Source of the DNA: Glycera tridactyla
Taxonomy: Eukaryota
Assembly (NCBI GenBank): GCA_965644265.1
Contig: OZ286476.1
Span: forward strand, 23,498,001 to 23,562,000
Reading direction: 5' to 3'
Length of the DNA: 64,000 nucleotides
The notes under the pieces: model-generated
The model's database searches: none
Told to the model about the DNA's origin: nothing
What the model saw: only the letters and a program-made list of their open reading frames with translations
Shown: positions 13,590 to 26,046 of the stretch, one piece after another
Layout of the letters: every line of letters begins with the position of its first letter
Position numbering within the stretch: position 1 is the first letter of the stretch
Made by a program: the position numbers and the translations under genes

Positions 13590-14220
13590 ACAATAAAGAA
13601 AATATCTGTCAGTTTGATATAAGATATAGCATGGCATATGTTGAAGGGGTGTTCTTGCAGGGTAACATGTCCATGATATCTCCAAACATGAGTGCTGTTT
13701 TTCTCAGAAATGTCATAATCAATAAATGGCCAATTTCATGCATGCCTGGTCTTTAGCACTAATTTCATACAAAATCTCAGATCAATATCTGATGGCTTTC
13801 ATGTTTGGAAGCTCATATTGCCAGTCTAAGTATTCTTCATCACTTGCATCATCCCGGAAAGTTTGCAAATTCTTAATGTTACACTCATTTTTGTTCACAC
13901 CATCAGGCTGTTCCACCATGAAGGTCTGAGGAATAATATGCTCCTGCTGTGTTGCATTCTTGGATAATCTTTCAACCTCGAGTAGACCAGCTACTGAAAT
14001 CACATAATGCTGATAGTTCTCCCAGGTCCCAGATATGATGGGACATTGGCACGTTTGGCCGACAGCTGATTGCTGTTGTTTTGCATGTCCTCATTGTTTA
14101 ATTCGGGTATGGCACATAGGAAGAATACATCCTCAGCCAAAGCACTAGGCACAACTTCCTTGAATTCAGCTATTGTCTCTTTCCGCTTGCTGGCATGAAC
14201 TCCTGAAATGGAAACCACTC
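13590..14220 (-). pseudogene. Second copy of the 5' part of the acidic/127-aa-repeat gene
   Basis: ORFs 14000-14218 and 13782-14003 (EQPDG...DDASDEEYLDWQYELPNMK) parallel 11.35-11.9 kb. Confidence 0.6.
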
Positions 14221-14479
14221 ATCATCACCACTATATTATAGCTTGCTGTACTATTATAACAGTCAAGTCATCATGATGACACATAACATTCTGACTGAAA
14301 TACAGTCAGTTTACATCACATGACATTTCCACAAGGAAACAAATTGTGCTACATAGCATGTCCTCTACTAACCTATTCAGTACATGGGCAGAGACTCTTC
14401 ATACCAAGCACCACCTATTGCCAACGAGACAAAACAACAGCAAATGCTTGACTCACTTCCCCCATCACCGATCACATTA

Positions 14480-14950
14480 GATTGGCGCACATTCCACAAC
14501 TCGCTGTCACAAATAATTGACTAAATGCCATTTTGAACACAGCTGACCAGAAAAGCGCATTGGCTAATGATCCTGTAGGTAGTTAATCAGAAGCTTCATG
14601 ACCTCCTGCAACTTTGAATAGATTTTTCAACGTGATCTACCAGAACAGTTACAAACGTTTTTCATGCCATTCATGATCGAGATGATCACATCGCAAACCA
14701 GCAATCAAGCAAAAACCTTGTGGATAGAAAAGAATGAATAGAACTAATATTCCTTAACAGGTACATCACACATAAATACTTACTTGGTGAGACAAAAGTG
14801 GTCCCATTTATTGTGTACTCTTCGTTGCCTACAAGTATTCTTTTTGAATCGCAAGACTCAGCATTCACTGCAGGATATTGATTCTCCTCAAAGTTTATCA
14901 CGAGCCTGCTTTTCAAATGAAAACATATGCACCACAGCTAATGAGATCTA
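14480..14950 (-). pseudogene. Orphan 'EENQYP' gene copy
   Basis: ORF 14686-14916: INFEENQYPAVNAES...VGNEEYTINGTTF. Confidence 0.55.
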
Positions 14951-14959
14951 GTACCCAAA

Positions 14960-17900
14960 CGGCAAGGTCATCCCACGGTCTAAATTCACTCTTATCAACA
15001 GTGAACTTCGTGCTTGATTCTCAAATGATGACCTTCAAATTTTGCTTGTCTTTTTCGATTGATGGCGGTTGCACCTCGATAACCTCATTTGTTCTGTCAG
15101 TGAGATATGAATTATTCATTGAATTATTCATTCTTTTAACGCTTGCTCCACCTGATAACTGTATTTCATGACAGCACCACCACTGGATGGTGTGTATGCA
15201 TAGCCTTTGGAACCTATACACACATACCCCTCAAATGTCACCATCTGGAATTTCTGATGTCAGATCTCCAAAATACTTCCCAAATGGCAGAGGTGATTTT
15301 TCGGTAGTGTATAGTACAGAATACTGTCAGTATCGGAATACATCGGCCCCTCTTGAAGCTTTTCCATCCCTCGGTAGAGCTTCATTTGTCTGTTCACTGT
15401 CACAAATGCTGCAACAACCAAGTCATCGGTCAGACCAGCTGAGAGAGGCTCCTTTAGATTAGTTTACTCGACCATCAGGACATCCGATGATATTATGCTG
15501 AAATATTTCTGGGAAACTCTTGGATCAGACATAGATGTCACATACTTCCCCTATCTTCTGTTCACCTTCTCACTCAATTTCCCAAATAGGGCGTTGAGTA
15601 TAACCTTTGCAACTCCAGGTTTCCCACTATTTTTCTGAAAGTTTCTTTTGTTCTATCTGATAACTTTATGAAGCTCATACTCATTTATAAAGGATTCAAG
15701 TCCCTTGTCATTTTCGAAACTGAACAGATTGCCCTCACTTTCTACTTTCATCTTCAGTATTACATTCACAAATTCTGTAAAAGATCATTGGTGTTGTGAG
15801 TAGTGAAGGGGTGATGATAAGTTTCGATCATGTGAGAAATACATCAACCTCTCTCCACTCCAATCTTCAACTCTTCACTAACAAAACCCCTTCCAGCATC
15901 TTCTCCGCATTGTCACATTCACATTCACTTTTTTGTGAGTTCTTTTTGGTGCATTTCCAACAGAGAAATAAGATCAACTTGTCTCTCAGCTTTGGAGGAA
16001 GGACTGGTAGAAACTTCCTAGGAGGGATCACCTCAAAATTCACCATGCCGGATATATCCCATATATCATCAAAGTCCCTTGTTTCAATGACAGGATGAAA
16101 GCATGGAAGGGGCTCATTCTTCTACACGCATGGATACAAGCTACAAAAATCTGCAATATGCACTTGAGCACCCGCTGGTTTGTCTACTCTGTTCCACAAC
16201 AGCCCCAACCACTCCACATGACTGCCATAGGATACCTCTCGTGGATCTAGGGGTCCGTATATCTTTAGTGCAAGATATATGTCTGTAGCTGGTGAATTCG
16301 TCCTCGGTAGAAAACCAAACTAGTGCCCCAACATACACACAATTTTAATTTCCAAATTTCTCGGATCCCTTAAGTACGGCATAGCTAATGACGACAATTA
16401 CTTATATGTCTTCCAAGTTTTCTTAAACCCCAAATCTCCCCAGGTAGTTGAATAACACACTTCACATCCATGCCACATGTAGCCACAAAAATTCTAAAAT
16501 TTTGATCTGGTTGGAAAGGATTCCAGTATCTGATTGATTTCTTGAATAGAGCCATTGCTGGATAAGAATCCATCCACATGAAGGAGCGCCCCATTCACTC
16601 TCCTGACCCTCATCTCCTGTATATTGCCACCATATGAGATGACCACATTATCCCTAGCAGAAACACTTCCTACCGAACAATTCAGAATGTTGGCAATATC
16701 CGACCAGGGGAGTAATCCCTATGGATTACTTTTCGAAATTTAATCTGTCTCGATGATTCAACATTCACCATTCCCTTCCCAAATCTATCTTCAGTTGACC
16801 ACCTCTCCTTACTCCAGGAACTTCCACCTTTCTGCTTGACTTTGATTTCTCAACATGTCAGTGACATACAGCTTTCTGAAAATCTTCATGGACAACGAGG
16901 CATGAGTGAATGCTGAATACTGAATACTGGAACTTTTAATGCATATTATTGGCAGATACATACAAATTCACATGTGACCAAAAGTGGTCATGTTACATAT
17001 ATACAGTGCACAAAATCAGGATGACATCATAATAACACTAATATTTACATGGGCAGATCATGCATCTGTTTATAGAAAGAATAATACAAACATCACAATT
17101 CCACAAAGAGGCACTTCAAAGTATAATGGCTAAGACTCTTCGGACCATCTGGTCAACACCCAAGAATATGGTTGCATGACATATAGAATATGTATGACAT
17201 CAATATAATTTTATCAAAAGTCATCACAGCCTTCCTCAATATTACAATATCATTCACACTATAACTGATGAGCTAGTTTTATGTCGATGAATGAGAACAT
17301 ACTAGATCTACCAGTAACACATCTTCATTTCAGTGACGAGAACCTAGGATCTCGAGGAGTGAAGTATCGGAATGACTCTCATGTCATGATCCATTACTAT
17401 GACATGCTAAGCAGACTGAAACGGTGACTGCCTCCAAAATGTCTGGTAGAATGACAAGTGGCATGCATCGCTTCTCCCTTTGATGCCATAGCTCAGAATT
17501 ATCATGCACTGATGTGTGCCACACAGATGATATTTGATATGGATTTGATGAAACCGACCATCACCATTTTATGTCACTCTGTAATATCTTTGTGATACAA
17601 TACCTGTAACATATAGCACAATCTCAATTGTTCTTGTAGTCAACCTCTTTGTGTTGCTTATGATTATGTGATATTTATGTGTCTGCATGTGCACATAATA
17701 TGACCACGTTGGTCAAAGTGTACTGCCTGATCTAATGTTTTTTGTTATCTGTTATCTTTCCATACAAGCTATTTATCTGATGAACACACCTGATCAAACC
17801 ATGCTCTGAACCTAGAGACTACAGAGGCATCATACTACCGACACAATACATCTCTTCAGGTGGATAAAGCCTCTATACTGAGGGCTCATGTTCCCCAACA

Positions 17901-18570
17901 TCTCAGATACCGTCTCAAATAACTTGGACAGGGGCAAGGGAAGACATTTAGCTCAGTCTAAAATTAATATGTTATAGCCATGACCTATACGCAAAAACAG
18001 CGATTGACCACCATTAACCATGTGTTTGTAACTCTGACCTTGGAAAAAAGCAGTTTACAAAGTATGAAGTAGTACTGATCATAATGACTTCCATTATGAC
18101 TGATAACACATGCATGGGCATCTTGTATTACGACCCACCCACAGAATTCTCCTACACAAGCGAGCCCATAAAACACACTCTTTCTTCTCCCACACACTCC
18201 ATTCACACATGGTCCGCTCTTATAGTTGTGTATGCTGGATGACTTAAAATATTTAGAGCAACACTCTCGACATCAACCACCGCAATGATCACAATGAGGA
18301 TATTCCTTGAAACAAACTCCTATGTGCACAGAAATACATCATATATCTGCTACCGCCAAATTTGGCACATACTCAAAAATGCCATACCAACTGAAATTAC
18401 AGTTCTTACATCTCACACAATCTGCCCAAGGATATGGTTCTGATCTACAAGTAATACAATGGGCGAGAAGTAGAAATCCATCTGCACACTCGAAGATGAT
18501 GTCCTGACAGGTCCTAATGTCACAGGCTATTCACATGAAAATATCATTCTTTCTAGATATTTCTAGCCCC
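14960..18570 (-). pseudogene. pPolB: Older, heavily decayed protein-primed DNA polymerase B with internal insertions
   Basis: Collinear fragments: IACDIRTCQD (ExoI, ~18.55 kb), CVISHNGSHYDQ (~18.1 kb), NDIVILRKAV (~17.25 kb), WHGC region (~16.4 kb), palm remnants (15.3-16.1 kb), QPPSIEKDKQ (~15.06 kb). Confidence 0.85.
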
Positions 18571-19239
18571 TTGGTTCTAACAGACCTGACCTGCTAAGCA
18601 ATCACATATCATCCTTTGGTATGTTTCACCACTATGGTATCGTCATCAGAGTCCTCATCATCACGGATGCTGGCGTTTGGATGAACCAGCGACAGCGACA
18701 GCAAGTGGAGAATCGGTTGATGAATCAGTAGAATCAACTGGGGAATTGACGGTGCCCGTTAACTCGTCTTCAGCCATCAGTTGACTTGGCGGCTGATCAG
18801 GTATACTCAAAATTTGCGATTCGACTGTCATATCAGAGAAGTCGATAATGTATCTTGTATGTGAAGTGCCAGCCATAATGGACGATGTCTCAAGATGCTG
18901 TGAAGTGCTCGAGGAGTGAAGGACTTGAAAAATCGGGAGGCATTTATAAGGAAATCCATTTTACAGTGTCACGATTTGTGTTCAAAATTGTGGATATGTG
19001 GGTATATTTCTATCCAAAAAAGGATTATGAATAATGATCAGTCATAGTTAGTCATATGTCACCGATTATGCTGAATCACTATCTATTGATTGTGATTTGA
19101 CAGCTGCAGCAATAACAAGCCTGATGTGTTACGTCCTAAGGACAAATTTAGCAAATATCATCAAAGGATCCAAATGACATTTCCTTATTTGAGCTGGCAC
19201 GCAGTTGAGTGCTATTGAGTATTCCAAGGAGGGATTAAT

Positions 19240-19900
19240 GTGGGATGGATTTTCTAGAAATGAGTCAATCCCATCGTCAACATCCTGCAAATGATCAACT
19301 CAATGTTATCAATCGATATGCTGCTACTGATCCTTTGATTCACAATAACAGATTCTGCTAGCAGACTTACTCCTTCAAATCTCAGCTAAACTGGCCTTCC
19401 GATTCTGCCTCACACAAACTACTGCTTCCCTCATCAAAACTCATACGACTGAATATCTGTAGAACGCTCTGATCGAATGTCCATGACACCTCTGGAAAAT
19501 ATACATCATCAGCTGTCTGAGTCTCTATCATACTAGCCAACAATGTGACTAGTGTCGTCGTCCATGTAGTCCTCTTCAACACCGACATGTACGAAGAAGG
19601 TCGGTTGAAAATCATGTCCCTATACAGCATCCTCAAAGCCCACTGACTCCCTGATCTAATTCCCTTCTCAATATCAGGGGCAAAACTGCTTCGCTTGGGG
19701 CTCGTAGTCATCACTCTCCTCCTCCGAAAGTTCAAAATCACTGTCAGAAACGCGACTTGGAAATGAGACAACCTGACCACTGGATGCACCCACAATGTCA
19801 GCTTCCCGAAGACGGCTGTCGGAACCCACATCCCTCCTGCCATTATCTGCCGGCGTATATGGCAATGGTATTTAATGTCCTCAAGCAGACATAGACGCAT
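19240..19900 (-). pseudogene. Diverged homolog of the 350-aa orphan gene
   Basis: MLYRDM..YMSVLKRTTW..ADDVYFPEVSWTFDQSVL aligns with MVYRDL..YIRVMKKTVW..ADDYMHMQEVLDTFDISLL of 37076-38128; preceded by an acidic SEEESDDYEPQAKQ segment. Confidence 0.7.
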
Positions 19901-19921
19901 GATCATGGTGAAGCGGGATCG

Positions 19922-20091
19922 TTCTACGAGCCAGAGCTGCCATCCGACGACAGGGAGTACGAGATAGAGATGGTCGTGAGGAGGAGGAAGTCGAAGAGGG
20001 TCCCCAGGTGCTGGTGAAGTGGCGAGGGTACGACAAGAAGTTCAACTCCTGGATAGACGAGAGCGCGCTCATGAGCAGGGAGAAGATATAG
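19922..20091 (+). pseudogene. Polinton integrase C-terminus with chromodomain (5'-truncated, 1 frameshift)
   Basis: FYEPEL...YEIEMVVRRR...VLVKWRGYDKKFNSWIDES. Confidence 0.85.
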
Positions 20092-20096
20092 GACGG

Positions 20097-20546
20097 ATGA
20101 ACGAGAGTTGGGCGATTGTGTCCAGCTCCAATCCGGCCGTAACGGGAGGCGAGCTCAACGCGGCCGACGACTTCTCGGTCGAGCTTCCGTACGAGCTGCG
20201 AGGGTGGTGGAAGTGCATGCTGCACAGCGTTCAGGCGACCTACTCCAACACCGGCTGGCAGCTGAGGGACAACACAGGCTTCGTCAACGTCATCTGCGAT
20301 CTGGTGGACAACTCGGCCTCCGGCGGCACAGTCGCGCCGGTTCTCGGCTCGCTCACGCTACCCTTCCATCCCAGGGGCACACACACTATAGGGCTGGAGT
20401 TTTTCAGGGACTGGTACGTCCGGGTGATCAGACCCAACCCAAAGAGGCTCAGAATCCGCCTGCTGAACGAGGGCCTGTCCAGGTATCTGAGATGCACGTT
20501 CGCCTCGGAGTCGTTCTTCATCCTCCACTTCATCGGGGATGGCTAA
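20097..20546 (+). CDS. Polinton-type minor capsid (penton, single jelly-roll) protein
   Basis: Intact 149 aa. Pattern SSN...N...F.VELP..L.G.W..VICDLVDN...PVL...F..WYV.V...I.I.LL...ILHF is typical of Polinton minor capsids; position follows integrase. Confidence 0.75.
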   Translation: MNESWAIVSSSNPAVTGGELNAADDFSVELPYELRGWWKCMLHSVQATYSNTGWQLRDNTGFVNVICDLVDNSASGGTVAPVLGSLTLPFHPRGTHTIGLEFFRDWYVRVIRPNPKRLRIRLLNEGLSRYLRCTFASESFFILHFIGDG

Positions 20547-20844
20547 CGTGTACTCTCCGGCCTCTGACAGCGACAGCGCCAACATCTGGACCCAGCGCTT
20601 CACCGACATGGCGAGGGGGAAGGTGCCGCACACAATGGACTTCACTGTGATCGGGTCGTCTTCCGGCTCGCGCGCTGGAAAGAAAGGCAAGCTGCTCTCT
20701 GTGTCGCCGGCGGCTGCGGCGGTGGAGAAGGCCAGGGGGGTGCTCAAGGCGACCGAGAGGGCGGTGAGGCGAGGTGATAAGAAGAGGGGGAGGAGGAAGA
20801 AGAGCGACAGGAGGACCGTCAGGGGAAGACGCGAGGCGTTCTAG
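20539..20844 (+). CDS. Small basic protein, putative virion core/DNA-condensing protein
   Basis: 101 aa, F.DMARGK...VSP....E.A motif with K/R-rich tail; sits between mCP and MCP and overlaps the mCP stop. Confidence 0.55.
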   Translation: MANVYSPASDSDSANIWTQRFTDMARGKVPHTMDFTVIGSSSGSRAGKKGKLLSVSPAAAAVEKARGVLKATERAVRRGDKKRGRRKKSDRRTVRGRREAF

Positions 20845-20850
20845 GTCGAG

Positions 20851-22200
20851 ATGGAGGCCGGCGGCGACGTAGAGATGCCCCCCGAGGGACAGAATTGGAA
20901 CAATCGGTGCAGTAAGGATGCGGACCGGAATTGGCTCTGTTCAACATCCCGCCTGTCAACACGGCCATCAAGGGGAAAGGAACAACGTCGACTTCGCTCC
21001 CGTTCACCCCCTGACGCCCACTGGCCTGATCGAGTTCTCGGTGTCGGGGATCGCCAACACCTACATCAACATGCACGGAATCAGGCTGCACCTGAAGGTG
21101 AGGATCCGGAAGGGGAGCGGAAACCAGGGTTCCGACAACGCCGTCAGACTCGTAAACAACCCGATCTGCAGCCTGTTCTCCACGTGCGAACTTTACCTGA
21201 ACTAGGAGCAGATAGAATCGATCAACGCATACGGGTACAAGTCGATGATCAACACGCTGCTCTTCGCGGACCTCAGGCAGATGAAGACCGAACTGTCGAT
21301 GGGCCTGTTTGACCGGGAGGACGCGGGGACCCTCGAGGTCACCAACCCGTCCCTTGAGGGGACCAATGTCAAAAACCACTACTTCGACAAGAGGCACGAC
21401 AAGACGGCGAACTCCGTGGAGGTCGACCTGATCGGGAAGCTGCATTTCAAACTGTTCGAATGCGAGAGGTTCATGCTGAACGCCGTCCAGCTGCAAGTGA
21501 AGATGAGGCAGTCGCCGGACTCCTTCCGCCTGCTGTGCGCAGCCACCGACCAGAGCTACAGGGTGGTGATGACTGGCGTGTTCCTCAGGGTCCCAATGCT
21601 CAAGATCACGCCTGGGCTGGCGATCGCCGCGACGAGGCCCTGTCCATCAGGCCGGCGATGTACCCGTACCGCAAGTCGGACTTCAAGACCTACAACATCG
21701 GGAGCAGCCTCATGTCCTCGACGTACGAGAACATCTACGTCGGGCAGGCGCCATCCAGGCTGCTGGTGGCGCTCGTCGAGTCGTCAAACTTCACCGGCGC
21801 GTACGACAGGAACCCGTACGTGTTCAAGCACTTCATCCTGCAGGAGCTCAGCATCTGCCTGAACGGGAGAAGCGTCCCCAACAGGCCAATCCAGTGCGAC
21901 TCTGCGAACGACCTGTTCCTGGACACCTACTCCACCCTCCACTGCCTCGTCGGCATCGACTGCTGGAACAGGACCACCCTGTCGCGAGATGACTTTAAGT
22001 CCGGATTCGCCATATACAGCTTCAACTTGGACGTGCAGGCCCCTGACGCGGACAGCGTGCAAAAGCGGACCATCGGCCACACCAGGCTTGAGGTGAAGTT
22101 TGCCAGCGTGCTCACCTCCGCCATGACGGTGCTGCTGTAAGGCAGTTTCGCCTCGGTGCTGAAGGTGGACAAGGCGAGGAACGTCTATCCCGAGATATGA
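20851..22200 (+). pseudogene. Polinton major capsid protein (double jelly-roll), frameshifted with two in-frame stops
   Basis: ELALFNIPPVNT, IEFSVSG..YINM, NNPICSLFS, YGYKSMINTLL, LIGKLH..F..R.MLN.V, NPYVFKHF, GFAIYSFNL, RLEVKF, VDKARNV. Stops at 21203 and 22138. Confidence 0.9.
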
Positions 22201-22610
22201 GGGTCCGGCGTGAGTTCGAGCTGTTCTTCATGTCCGGCTTCAACACCGGCACCTGGGCGAATGCGTTTGGCGGACGTTACCCCGTCAAGCTGGCCTTTGC
22301 CCTTGTCCATCGCCTGTATCTCTGCAGGCGCATCAAACTTTCCCCCGATCGGGTGAGGCTCCGGGTGGACTTTCGAGAGGTGGAACTCGTGCGGGCCGAC
22401 GAATCCCTCCTTCGGAGGCAGCACCCACGATTGGCAGGAGGGAGCGCTCTGGCGGCCGTCATACCCGAGGGCCTCGACTGCCGGTGGTGGAACCTCAACA
22501 TCCGTCTCGACAAGCACCTCGACGGCAACTACGACGTCGTCCTCAGCGGCCTCTTTGACGTCGAGAGCGAGAGCTGGACCCTCGCCGAACTGGATGAGGC
22601 GGAATTCTGA
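22197..22610 (+). CDS. Hypothetical protein between MCP and protease
   Basis: Intact 137 aa, ATGA-coupled to the MCP stop, 3 bp before the protease start. Confidence 0.6.
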   Translation: MRVRREFELFFMSGFNTGTWANAFGGRYPVKLAFALVHRLYLCRRIKLSPDRVRLRVDFREVELVRADESLLRRQHPRLAGGSALAAVIPEGLDCRWWNLNIRLDKHLDGNYDVVLSGLFDVESESWTLAELDEAEF

Positions 22611-22613
22611 CTG

Positions 22614-22992
22614 ATGGACGCCTCCGCTGTCCGCCGCGGGCTGTGGGAGATGGCGGGACTGTCCTCCTGGAAGGTCACCGGCAGGTACGGGGTCGTCGGT
22701 CGAATCGGCAAAGAGCCCTGCGCCGTCGTCGCCAACACCAGGATCGCGGGCCATGGCGCCCCGGGGTACAGGGTCTGTTTCTCCTTCGACGGTCGAGTGG
22801 GGACGTTCTTCGATCCCCTGGGGAGGTACCCCGGACAGTACTGCTACCAGTTTCAGTCGTTCCTCTTCCGGAATTCCGAGGTCCAGGTCGTGTCGTTGAG
22901 GAGGCGGCTCAAGGCCCCCCAGCGATCGGAGCTGCGGGAGGCTCTGCCTCCTCTTCGTCGAATCCAGGCTGAAGGGAGAACTTACATTTTGA
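22614..22992 (+). pseudogene. Adenain-like maturation cysteine protease, frameshifted
   Basis: VVANT..PG...FFDPLG.YP. Removing one C from the run at 22915-22920 restores SCGRLCLLFV. YR occupies the usual HW position. Confidence 0.8.
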
Positions 22993-23169
22993 CGTTGCTG
23001 CGCATGTGGAGATTTCATTTTGGGCGACCGTTAATACACGACGCTTTTACGAAGAGGTCTCGTCCGTGTTCTTCTTTCGGGGGGGAAGGCCTCGGGGCTA
23101 TCCCCCCCCCCCCCCCGCATGCAGATTGGTTCTATTATTGCCAAGAAGTATGATATAACTCGTTGTTGG

Positions 23170-23580
23170 GGATAAATAGCAGCGCCACCACCTCTCAGCG
23201 GCCGCTCAAGAAACTATCGCTATTGAAAATGTTGAAATAAAATTTTCCCGGGTGAAACCTATTACGACTGCAGCGCCACCGCCTCTCCACGGTCACTTCC
23301 GGAACTATCAGTATCGAGATGGCGGAGAACACGTTTCTTTCATACGTCGAGGAATATAACGTTCGGATATTCGAATTTCACGGCGAGTAGAGATGAATCG
23401 ATCAAGAAACTATCGCTATTAAAGATGTTGAAATAAAAGTTTCGACTGCAGCGTCACTGTCTCTCCGCGGTCACTTTCGAAACCATCAGTATCAAAATGG
23501 CGGAGTACACGTTTCTTTGGACGTCAAGGAAGGAATAAAACGTTCGGATATTTGAATTTCATGGCAAGTAGTGATGATTC
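23170..23580. repeat. ~200-bp tandem duplication with promoter-like motifs
   Basis: TCAAGAAACTATCGCTATT occurs at ~23208 and ~23403. Each unit has a (G/A)ATGGCGG YY1-like motif; unit 1 has CACTTCCGG (ETS-like). Confidence 0.45.
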
Positions 23581-23619
23581 AGTAAATGATCTCCTTATAA
23601 AGACCACTTGGTGCGGCTT

Positions 23620-24070
23620 TCATAGAGAGGCATGACAATCGGGGGGGGGGGGGGGCAATATTCCGTAGACGAATCACAATAACATGCTTGATTTCAAAGA
23701 GCAAACAATACTCACCACTGACGAAAAACAATCCATCTCTGATTGTATACTCGTGATTGCGCTTTCATAGAGAGACATGACAATCGGGGGACAATATCTC
23801 CGTAGGCAAGCAGAGATTCACAATAACATGCTTGATTTTATAGAGCAAACAATACTCGCTAATGGCGAAAAACAATCCATCTCTGATGATATACTCGTGA
23901 TTGCCTACAAAGATCCTGCCAGCTGCATAGGTCTCTCCACTCACGCTTGGAAACTGTTTATCTTCACAATCCATCACAAAATATCCTCTCAGATATACAC
24001 AGGAACACCAGGCAGAGAAAGGACATGCTGATGTCCAAGACATGGCAGAGCAGCAACTGATCAGAGTCAC
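23620..24070 (-). pseudogene. Diverged 'EENQYP' gene copy with internal ~145-bp duplication (repeated at 26,055-26,487)
   Basis: ORF 23765-24070: MSWTSACPFSAWCSC..MDCEDKQFPSVSGE..IFVGNHEYII. Confidence 0.6.
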
Positions 24071-24114
24071 TCAGCGCTGACAATGAAGTCACCGATGCAT
24101 GACTGCCTGCCAAT

Positions 24115-25782
24115 TAGGGGTGAAACGATATGGCTTTGTCGCGATACGATACGTGCACAATACACCACTCACAATACGATACGTTCCACGATATTTTCAT
24201 ATAATTTATGCTGCTTATTGAAGTAGAAGTGAGCTATTGCTCCATGATGAAATCGACAAGGTGTTACATAATACAGGGAAGAACATGCCATATAATTTTG
24301 TGGGAAATTGATTAAGTTGTGACTATTTCACAAACAGAAATTGATGGAGGAGGGGGGCATTGAGTATCATGATTAACAAGAATAGAGGTTCCCTGCTCAT
24401 TGCTATGTCCTTGTTCACATGATAACTGTCTGGATGTGAGCAAAATGCAATGACTTGAATTGGCCTATGATTTTGCAGGAAACTGATCGGTTTGTGAGCA
24501 TCTCACAATAAGAAAGTAGATAAATAGGCTGTGATTGAATTTGACAAGGAAGATCATTTCCAGGGCTAAAAAAGGAGTCTTGAGAGCTACAAACATGCTT
24601 ATCTGTGTTTACAACTGTAGATTATGGGTGTGAATGTTGGGGAAATACTCGATTTGAAGCAGTTCACAAACATAGAGTTTATGCAAGCATGTTCACATTT
24701 CACTACCCCCAAGTTTCACCAGCAAAAACGATCTTTTCAAGTGCTTGAAAATGCAGTCTGACAGCTACAAGCATGCAAAATTCTGCCTAAAACTGCAAGT
24801 TATGGGTGGTCCTGTGGGGTAATCATTTATCTGGATGCAGTTTACAAACTTATGGGTGATTATCAGCACCTTCACTGGCACCACTCCTGAGTTTGACAGG
24901 TAAAAACGATCTTTTTCAGGGCTATAAAATGTTGTTAGACAGCTTCAAACGCACTCTATTCTGCTTGAAACTGGGGGATATTAGTGTTTTTCAAGCCTAG
25001 ACACAATTATTTTGACAGCAGAAGTACACGAGTGGTCAAATACAGTTATTCAATAGCAGTAGGTGTCATGGAAACACACTCCTGAATGAAGCAGCCTATC
25101 CTCATTCTTACCATATTGACAGCAAAAATCACCAAGTCAGCTCGAATGACAGGCCATAAAATATATCCAGCAGTATCCCTTTATGATCAAATATGTATCC
25201 TACACATGACTGCATCCATAAAAATCATGATAACAGATGAAAAACGCGAAAAAAACAGTGAGGGGAATACAACAAGAAACTCCAATCTCCATCTTGGGTG
25301 GGAAGTTCTGTGATAATGTCATCACTCTTTGTGTACTTCCTGGTTGGGGATCCCTCCAAAATGAGCTGTTCACTCTGGCTATTCCAGGCCCTTACTCTTG
25401 ATATAAAGATACGTTTTGACCTTGTAAATGTCATGTAAATAATTCTAGAAGTGCACACCTGCCATGTAAATGCCTGATTAGTGCTAATGATGTGTTTTTA
25501 TGGCCGATTTTGGGGGAATCTCTGGGGAATCCCTGGAAGCCCAGGTCACTATCAAGCACTCTCACGCTGGATCATGCTTGACAGCTAATACACACACCAG
25601 CCGACGCTCAACTTTTTCGGAAATTTTCAGCAATGTTATGCCATTTGGACACTTTTTCTGGCCACAATCATCATTAATGCCGACACTGTATCGTATCGTG
25701 TTTTGACAGCGTGTATCGTGGTGTGAATCGATGTGTCATGTTCAGCGATGCATTGGTGTACCGGCGAATCGTTTCATCCCTA
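24115..25782. mobile_element. Non-autonomous hAT-type element
   Basis: TIR TAGGGGTGAAACGAT / ATCGTTTCATCCCTA, 8-bp TSD CTGCCAAT (24107-24114, 25783-25790), no transposase ORF. Confidence 0.9.
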
Positions 25783-25869
25783 CTGCCAATGAAGTCAGTG
25801 ATGCGTGACGTTGATTATGGAGCGCCAATTGCTACATCTTATCATGAACTGTTGGGGGGGGGGGGGGGT

Positions 25870-26046
25870 GAGTAGATATTGTCAGTTACAGTCAAACTTG
25901 TCCTAAGCATGAAGACAGTGTGCTTAGAGCAAGTTCATGCTTATGCTTCTATTCACAGCTGGCTAGAGTAGACAAGTAGATTTGGTATTGTTGAGTAGAC
26001 ATTGTCAGTCACAGTCAAACTTATCCTAAGCATGAAGACAGTGTGC
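25870..26046 (+). repeat. 123-bp satellite, ~1.4 units
   Basis: Same unit as 28287-28926. Confidence 0.9.

Larger units (their letters stand above)
19905..23110 (+). mobile_element. GC-rich fragment of a Polinton/adintovirus (virion morphogenesis module)
   Basis: Abrupt rise to roughly 60% or more GC by eye; compact overlapping genes INT tail-mCP-core-MCP-orphan-protease; no TIR seen. Confidence 0.9.

Noticed and set aside
14480-14700. SCGM motif reminiscent of adenovirus DNA-binding protein
   Set aside because: Four-residue match only, with no supporting alignment.
20358-23018. Long minus-strand and alternative-frame ORFs in the GC island (e.g. 20819-21496, 22185-23018, 20851-21312)
   Set aside because: Shadow ORFs expected at high GC; the plus-strand frames carry the recognisable capsid/protease motifs.
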